This document shows positions 55,702-64,000 of a stretch of 64,000 nucleotides of DNA, one piece after another. Source of the stretch: Laetmonice hystrix (lineage: Eukaryota); contig OZ249436.1 in assembly GCA_965235115.1 (NCBI GenBank), positions 15,378,001 through 15,442,000 of the forward strand, read 5' to 3'. The notes under the pieces were generated by a model. That model searched no databases, was not told the origin of the DNA, and saw only the letters and a list, made by a program, of their open reading frames with translations. The position numbers were made by a program, and so were the translations under genes. Position 1 is the first letter of the stretch; each line of letters begins with the position of its first letter.

Positions 55702-58072
55702 ACCAGCAAACGTGGGAGTATCCAACTCCAGAACACACTTCAGTGGCATACATTTTTATGAGAAAGTGACTGATACCTTCAGTGACGCCCCTTTCACAGA
55801 GGATAGAGCCATGTTTAGGCATGATAAGGCGATTTTGCTGATATGGTTTGTCTCGTTTGATATTCTAGGACAGTGCTGTAAAATAGACTGCTCACACAGA
55901 GTAACAGGAGGGAGCGATAATACTCGAAAGAGAAATGCACAATGCAGCAAAATAAAACCCTTGATTTTGCCCCTATAATACTTTATTCCTTTGCAAGCCA
56001 AACAACTTCATCCAAACAAAATTTATGTAGTAAATCTGTTTCATCTTCTTGTTTAGTAGTAATGCACGTGACCAAGATGTACAAAGTCAAGATCTGTGAT
56101 ACCCTACTATGCTTGAACCCACCAACTGCTGTGTGTTAGTTTGGCCACATGTGACTGTTGTAGACAGAGCTGCATATCGTGGCAACACTCAAGGGTTTTA
56201 TTTTCAGTTAGCATGACTACTACTAGTGAAAGAGTTCACAGTTCTTAATTACCCTGGTGTATTGAGAATACCTGCACACTTCTGAGAACACAGTGTTTCA
56301 GCCTCTGGAATGATGCAAAACGGTCCCAAACGAAAGTCAGGAAGGTTATGCCAAAAGGCCAGTATGTATTTACGCTAGAAACACAGTTAGCATCATAGCA
56401 AGTTAGGACATTAAATCTTGCCAGAAATACCACCTCAGCTAGGACGGCATTACAAAGGTATTTTAGTCCCGACAGAGCTTTTAATTTATAAGTAAATTCC
56501 TTCCATATATACTCTCTTTTTTTTTAGGAATTATTTATTTTTGGCAAACCATAGTACATTTGTGTTGGTCTTCAGGTCTTATTGTACAGATTCTGAAATG
56601 CATGCAATATTCATAACAAGGTTTATCAGATTTTTTAAAAAAAGATTAAATTTGGTATAGAAATAAGGAAATCTTTGGTTTTATCTTGGTGCACTTACTG
56701 AGAAGTGCTTGTATCATACACGTTCATACCAAAACTGTTTCTTGGTATATTTAGTAAGAAAACCTTTTACTTTCGTCATTTTATATTACTTTAAATTTTG
56801 GTAAGTTTCAAATTTTGTATTGTGGGTATAAATTATTGCATGTAGCAATCATATCATTTGTGTATCTACCTAAATTCATCTTTTTAATCATAGCTGTGGT
56901 TTTATTTCTACAAAGTGACAATCTCTAGTTGCCTTTTTCGTGATGGACTTCTACTTATACATAGGTAACTTTTTCCTCTGTTTGTACATACACAAAAATG
57001 GACAAGCGTTTGGAAATGTCATCTCTGGAAATATGAAATAAAAATTGTTGCATATCCAGACTCATGATCTGTCTCATCTTTCACTTGCCGTGATTGCTTT
57101 CCGAGTACATGTTTGTTATCACCATCAGTAGAAATGGATAATGCATGAACAGTGTATCTACGCTAACGCTTGTGGTAATGCAAGGACATTTCTGTCGGGT
57201 TAAAGCTAGCAACATTAGCTTTGTGGGAATTGATTGCTTTGGCTGATTAAATTCAAATTGTCAAAATTAAAACCTGCCTTATTTTTGGCCATTCACACAT
57301 AATTCCTGTATTTTTGCACGATCTTTTACAGTGAATTCTCTAGATGTTTTAAAAATGCTCAAATGGTGAAAAAAACGTTCTGTACTATTGCGTCTATTCT
57401 TTCCAATTAACTGCCAAGTTCTGTGCAGCTTATTCTTTTACAAATTTGTACAAATTCAGCTCTAACAAAAGATGCAGAATGGGTCAAATGGCCTGCATTA
57501 TTTAGATCTCGACATTCCACATTTTGTACACTGCAAGGTTTTTGTGAGCTGAAAAGGGCTAAGATAAGATTAAGTTCGAGAGCAACTGTAGATAAATTGG
57601 TACTATATACGTCTTCAGTGATTGTAAAACTTTAAAAGACTGCTGCTGGAAAACGTACTGGTTTCTGCTGAGGACTCGTACAAATTCAATTGATTATATA
57701 AAGTTTATTCCACATCTATACATATACACAAATTGAGTAAAGAAATGTATAACTAATCGGTATCTCTGTGAATGAAAATATTCACAAACGATAGAAGTCA
57801 GTGCAGCGAGTGCATATTGCTTCAGAAAAACCTAGACACCTTTCATCTGTGGTGTCGTTCTGTATCTTAATTGTCTCGTGAAAAGATATATGTACGGTTT
57901 TTAAGAATGCCGATTTTGGATTTTTTAAGGCTTATTTTCACTTTAAGCACCAACAACTTAGCGGTTTTATATTTATGCAGACATCTATGTACAAAAAAAT
58001 AACTACATGTAATGACAATCTGTAGCTGTTAAAAAAATTAAAATACTCAGTATCTGCCTATGATGAATTACT

Positions 58073-58497
58073 GGGGCTCATTGCACTAACATAGGACTAG
58101 TCCTACGTAGGACCAGTCCTATGTCTGACTGAGGTAGGACCAGTCCTAAAAAGTGTTGCACTAAACCATTCCTATGGCGTTCCTATATTTCACTCTTACG
58201 GCAGGCTTTGGTGCAAACTTTGCACCGTGACCATGGAAACTGGGACCGATTTTGACGTTGCGAGCTCGCTCATATCCGCCATGTTTGTTTACTGTTGCTT
58301 CACAATGACAGGTCGACCTTATGAAGCAGTCTAAAGAATTGGAATTAAATGTTGTCTGTTGTTGGATGTTTTAGACAGTTAGCTATCATCAGGTGGGTGT
58401 GAATTGTTCAAATCTGCAGGTTTAAGTGCAAGCTGTATTTTTCCTACGTAGGACTGGTCCTAAATCTGGTACTAGCACCGTTAGTGCAACGAGCCCC
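58073..58497. mobile_element. Harbinger-like MITE in the probable MOSMO 3'UTR
   Basis: GGGGCTCATTGCACTAAC / GTTAGTGCAACGAGCCCC; internal TAGGACCAGTCCTA palindromic repeats. Confidence 0.7.
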
Positions 58498-60252
58498 CAG
58501 GGTATATACTCTAGACATAAGTTACTTCACGGTCAATTCCAACAGACCAAACATGGCATGCATACCTGCCAACCCTCCTGTATTTGAATGGATTACATTC
58601 CCCAACAACAAAAAATTACTGAATCAAAAATCATAGAAAACAAATAGTAATAATGGATTACCTCCAAATAAATCTTAAATCTCTTACTGAAAGCATATTT
58701 TCATAGGAAAGTGAGTGAGATGGATAAATATACGTGGAAGTGGTATACCAGTTATTAGAAGGCCAAACCAATTACCGGGGTACCATTCTTGAACTTTATC
58801 CATTATACACGTGATTTGGACAATTTCTGATTCAGTCAACATAGTGTTGACAGGTATGCATTTTAATATTGAACCTCTTCTAATCATACCAAATACTGAA
58901 CCTCTTTACCCATACCAGATACTGAACCTAATGATGCTGAACTTGCACATGATTTAAACAGAACTGTAACCACATCACATTTACATCAAATATACTAAGG
59001 TAGCACATCCTGCCCTCCGAATAAAGATTTTACCACTTTTTTATAGTTTTGATCTGTCTTCTCCCCTTATTTTCCTTGGTACAAAAGAAAACATTGTTCA
59101 GCTCTAGATCAGGACATAATAAAACATTTTTTTCAATTTATTCTATCAAGTCTGATGCATCAATACAGGCTGTAACTGTTTCAAAATATCCATGCCCAAA
59201 TTATTTCTCCAGACAGGTGACATAAATATATACATACTTTTACAAATAATTCATGGTAGCAAGCTTAAAGTCTGTCTACAGGGCATGAGATGTCGCTCCT
59301 TTTTTCCACTTAACTATTTGTCCCAAAGTGTAATGCAATTTACTCAGTCATCTTGTATTTACATATATATATTTGATCCAAGAATTTGATCATGTAAACA
59401 TGATGGTCACTCTCTGCAACACTTGCCTGCCTAACCAGTAGACAAAAAGTTGAAAGCCTGGAAGCCAGCCAGAGTTTCAAGAGTATAAAAAGATTCCATC
59501 AATAGTCCATTTAAATTTCCCCGTTTCCTGGATATCAGCATTATTATATCTACATTAGATGCTAAAAGATGCACTCAGTGGTTGTACAATGAAAAGAAGT
59601 TCCTCCTCTTCAGAGTTCTAGCTCTATCTCTCAGCATTGCGGGGTTAACACTGCACATTTTACTGCAATGCTGCCGTCTGAGAGCGCAATGCTGTCACTT
59701 GACAGTGCAACGCTGAAATAAGAGATGATGTTTGGAAAGTATGTGTTTGGTTACCTTCAATAGTGAAAGATATGCAGAAAATCCAGAAGTTGGCCTCAGA
59801 ATGCACCATTTGGCATCTAAAATATGAGAATTTTGAATAAAGGAAACCCCCAGACCCCCCTACAGGAGGGGACATCTCTCTCAGCACTGGCCAGTGCACT
59901 GGCGCACGGAGTGCCACATTGGTTTAATGACTTTCAGTTTCCACATGCAGCAACTCTACTATTTTTTCTTAGCTAGAACCCTGCTCATGTTGCACTGCTC
60001 ATGGTTATGGATATAACTTTTCATACTGTCACATTGGTATGCTGTATCTCATGACATCTCCTGGTGCTTCACTGATGAGCCAGTTTCTAATAAAGAGGCA
60101 CACAGACTTGAGACGCAGTGATTACACAGATCACATCATTATCTATGAGACAAAGATGAGGTCTGAACTAACATATTCTTTCAGATCACCACAAACAGGA
60201 GTATTGGCCGATTTCCTTTTTACTTTTGCATAAATTTGTCAATTTTGTGGGA

Positions 60253-62371
60253 TCAAAAATGTGGAAGGCAGACTTTTCCAGCAAACAGTTCTGAGATTAC
60301 TGTGATCCACAGGGCCAGTACAAAGAAGATGTAGGATATTCCGACTTGGTAGCTGCTTGGAAGCTGGTACGGCTCGCCTCCAATCTGATCCATATCAAAT
60401 CCAGTCGGGAAAATCACAGCTGCCTGACAGAACATTATCACTGTAAGAAAATGTGAAAAATTTAGAAGTAGGTGCTTATATTTCTTTGAGTGACTGAAAT
60501 GGGTGAATTTGATTTATCTTGTTTTACGTCTTTTGTAACTTTTGCAAGAAATTCAATGTTAGGGAAATGATTACAGGTTGAATACAAATCTTGGAATATC
60601 TACAATGCAGCACTGCCAAATAAACCCTTATAAGTTATTAGACTTAAAAGACATAACCTCTTATAAATGACAAATACATACTTGCAACAAAGCCTAGCCA
60701 TCGAGCAAACTTCATGACATTGTATTTCCAGTATGATACAGCCAACAAGATGATTGTTACTGTGACGCATATAACACCAAGTGCTATACAAATAAACGTC
60801 AACAGCCACTCTCCACGAACGTTGTCGGGCGTGAAGCAGGAAGTTTCTCGACCATAAATTGTCACACATGTCTGGAGGAGACCTATATATGTGTTCCCTG
60901 TAATACCAAAAAGAGTAGTATTATTACATATCATATACATATCTAAATTCAAGCAAGGCAGCGGAACAGATAATATATTGGGGGGGGGGTCCACTTTGCA
61001 AAAATTTCTATCAGGCCAAAGGAAAATACGTTTGGATAAAAACCAACACAAAAAAAACAAGGTCTTGATTACCCCATAGATGTTAGTTAATCCACAATCT
61101 CATAAGCCATAATAAATCTTCATAAGCCATACAATTATTGGGGGGGCCAGGCCCCCCAATAAAATTATGGGGGGCAGTGCCCCCCTGCCCTCCCCCCCCC
61201 CCCCGCTTCCGCCGCTTAGGCCACTTATAAAGTTCTTCATTTTCTGTACTTTCCTTCACTGTTCAAACATGAAATTTAAACATGGTATTCTCAGGGATAT
61301 TGTTATCAAATCTCCAAGGGAGGTCATTTGAGATTTTGGACCTTCTCTAAAACAAATTTTGGACCTTTTTCTTAGGGGCATGGTTTAGGCCTCCAGATAG
61401 TTTACAAAAGATCCAAAATTGTGGACCGTTTTTGTAAGTCACTGGGTCAGAGGTCCAGATATTTTACAAAAGATCCATTTGTTGACCTTTCTTTCTGGCA
61501 CATGGCTCAGAGACAAATGCCCATGATATCCCACAAAGCATCCAAAATTGTGGACCTTTCTTTCTTTCAGAGTCAGACTCAGAGATAAGTAAGATCTAAA
61601 ATAGTGGACCTTTTTGGGGGGGTTGTCAAAATTCAAGGGGGGCCAATGCCCCCCTGATAAAAATATCCCTGTTACTGAGAATAAAAGGCAACTTTTAAAA
61701 TGCCGTGGCACTGATAACGCGTGGCCATAATAATGACAGGAGTAAGTAAGATCTAAAATAGTGGACCTTTTTTGGGGGTTGTCAAAATTCAAGGGGGGCC
61801 AATGCCCCCCTGATAAAAATATCCCTGTTACTGAGAATAAAAGGCAACTTTTAAAATGCCGTGGCACTGATAACGCGTGGCCATAATAATGACGGGAGTA
61901 AGTAAAATCTAAAATAGTGGACCTTTTTTGGGGGTTGTCAAAATTCAAGGGGGGCCAATGCCCCCCTGATAAAAATATCCCTGTTACTGAGAATAAAAGG
62001 CAACTTTTAAAATGCCGTGGCACTGATAACGCGTGGCCATAATAATGACGGGAGTCCGTATAATAATAAAAATGTATTAATAGGTCCCGTATAAAAACAA
62101 TATTAGCATACTGAAATTCCCCTATTATCGCCCATGTATACATCTGAAATTGATTACATTTCTTGGCATTTGGCCCTGCAGAAAGATATGAAATTATTTC
62201 CATCCGAACACACTTGGATGCAGGCATCATCCTGCGGAGTGCCTTTTACTCGGAAATACTTAACTTACCCCCAACATCAGAGACGATCCAGTTGGGCATG
62301 GCCAGACTGGCGATGGCGAAAAGGTCGGCAGCGAAAAACAACGCTCCCGAAATTATGCTCAATTTGTCCAT
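60253..62371 (-). CDS. MOSMO: Modulator of Smoothened (C16orf52/ATTHOG) tetraspan protein; exons 62371-62269, 60897-60682, 60440-60253
   Basis: MDKLSIISGALFFAADLFAIASLAMPNW, GLLQTCVTIYGRETSC, ARWLGFVAMIMFCQAAVIFPTGF, GGEPYQLP and LFAGKVCLP closely follow vertebrate MOSMO; two phase-1 GT-AG introns. Confidence 0.9.
61586..62054. repeat. Three near-identical 156-157 bp tandem repeats in MOSMO intron 1
   Basis: Units start at 61586, 61743 and 61899 and differ by only a few bases. Confidence 0.92.
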
Positions 62372-64000
62372 AGCGGGGAATATCGTATCGATCACAGTCT
62401 ATACAATGTCTTATGTCTCGATCCTTGATGGCCCCATTGTATGTGCTTTGCTTAGGCGATTGTTTGGGCTTGTTGTATCAGTCTTTAGTCCTTCCTCTGG
62501 AGCCACTGCCAGTGCCAGGGGGGATGCCAATACGCCATCTAGTGACAAATTGATGAAATACGAAAGGCCTGCTATAGTTGACGCCGGCCCGTTGACGATG
62601 GCCTGTAAAACTATCACAGTCTATAAGGTAGCCCCCGGTCTCATATATATAACTACGTTTTGCATTAATTGGGGAGTAGACAGGATTGGTAATGGTGGGG
62701 GTGGAGTCAGTGGTAAAAAGTTGCTAATTACCTGAGGATACCAACAAAAGGCCTCTAGGAATGTGAAGAATGAAATCGAGAGCTCACTGGGGTGGCAGGG
62801 ACTGTAACCTACCAATCACATGACTATCCAATGCAAAACATGGCTGCAGTGTGTTGACAGGCCGTTGACAGTCAAGTGCAATGGATTCTGTGCCAGAACT
62901 AAGTTTAGAAGGCCAGGCAAGTATAAAATTTATCTCATTGTACGGAAATAATTAAATGTAGTATGCTGCTCCATTTTATTTTACAAAATCTGTATAAAGC
63001 TACGTGTCCTTAATTAATACAGACAGTGAATCTGAATAGGGTTAGGCCTACTCCAACAAGCCAGAGTCTGATAGGCTATCTGATATGTGGTCTGTATCAG
63101 ACTCTGGCAGTTGAATCGAAAAAGCGCGTGGCAACCACATTGAACGTTCGAGTGACCGGGGTTCGCGTCATTCGGCGACTGATAACTTCCTTTTGGGATC
63201 ACTCCGGGTGGTAAAACTTGCCAAGTAGATACAAAAGATATTAATGTGTGATTCACGGTGATGTGTTGCGTTGTGGTCTTTATAAAGCATACTTTTGTGC
63301 ACGGTTTTGCCTGTTCTCTTTGCACACAACCGTCGAACGGAAGTATAGCCATGTTGGATTGACCGAGTGGTCATGAACATATGAATTGTTATGTGGCCGC
63401 CAGGCGGAACGAACCACGCAGATTCCCAGCCAGCGTGGTGCTGTTCACTTCCCATTGCGATTCCACTTTTACCAGAAACATGCCCATGACGTCACCGCTA
63501 GCCAAATTCGAATCAAGATGGCGACAGATTCATCGACGATTTCAGAGAGGGTTGCAAACGACAGCCGCACACGAACTCAGTATTAATCAACATACCCCAA
63601 TAACGGTGTGAAGAGAGAGAAAAAGGTGTCTGCTGTCACCGGTAGAGTCAGTTAGTGTAATGAGTCAGTCGTAGTGAGTGAGTGAAGCCGGTGAAGTTTG
63701 CCACGGGGGTAGGCGTGGCAAGGTGCCACTGGTTTTGAAAGCTTAACTCCTAGACCCTGTTGACAACAAACTAGCAGAAACAGGGTCTAGGTTCCTGGAC
63801 TAGGGTTAGGCCCTACTCCTACCAAGTAGGCCTAGATCTACCACCAGCACCAGGCAGTAGTAGTATAAGAAGTACCATACATACCTCAGTCAAATCATAT
63901 CATGTTGCGTTGCCATGAATGATGATTTTATAGCCTACACTGCCTATTATTTGGTATTTTCAAAATTTGGCACTTTAACAAGCACATTATGAAAATCAAA

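Noticed and set aside
61439..62230. 263-aa ORF with internal repeats
   Set aside because: Arises from the 156-bp intronic tandem repeat; no protein-like features
62163..62735. 190-aa plus-strand ORF
   Set aside because: Antisense to MOSMO exon 1 and its 5'UTR; no recognisable family
63013..63587. Element bounded by ATTAATAC...GTATTAAT upstream of MOSMO
   Set aside because: Terminal match is only about 8-10 bp with no TSD; insufficient support

Overview
Eukaryotic, intron-rich animal DNA, most consistent with a marine invertebrate; the species cannot be determined from the sequence. Five spliced genes were reconstructed by hand from splice signals and recognisable protein motifs: SHMT (cytosolic type, minus, 68-4191), POLR3D/RPC4 (minus, 9501-13107), CCP110 (plus, 17912-35573, with a 3.4-kb exon), mitochondrial aconitase ACO2 (plus, 37279-55701, 22 exons) and MOSMO/C16orf52 (minus, 60253-62371). 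A 4.8-kb DNA transposon with an uninterrupted 699-aa Sola2-like transposase lies antisense inside a CCP110 intron. It carries eight perfect 14-bp subterminal motifs and a 77-bp tandem array rich in TCAAGGTCA. Many MITEs are present, some nested. The most striking unannotated pattern is three CATAG...CTATG insertions, each with a perfect 7-bp G-N5-C target duplication and each at the 5' end of a gene: two 20-24 bp apparent excision footprints and one 951-bp MITE. This suggests a promoter-homing P/Galileo-type transposon system. Most short ORFs in the supplied track are spurious or are exon fragments. All gene and family assignments rest on motif recognition, not database searches.
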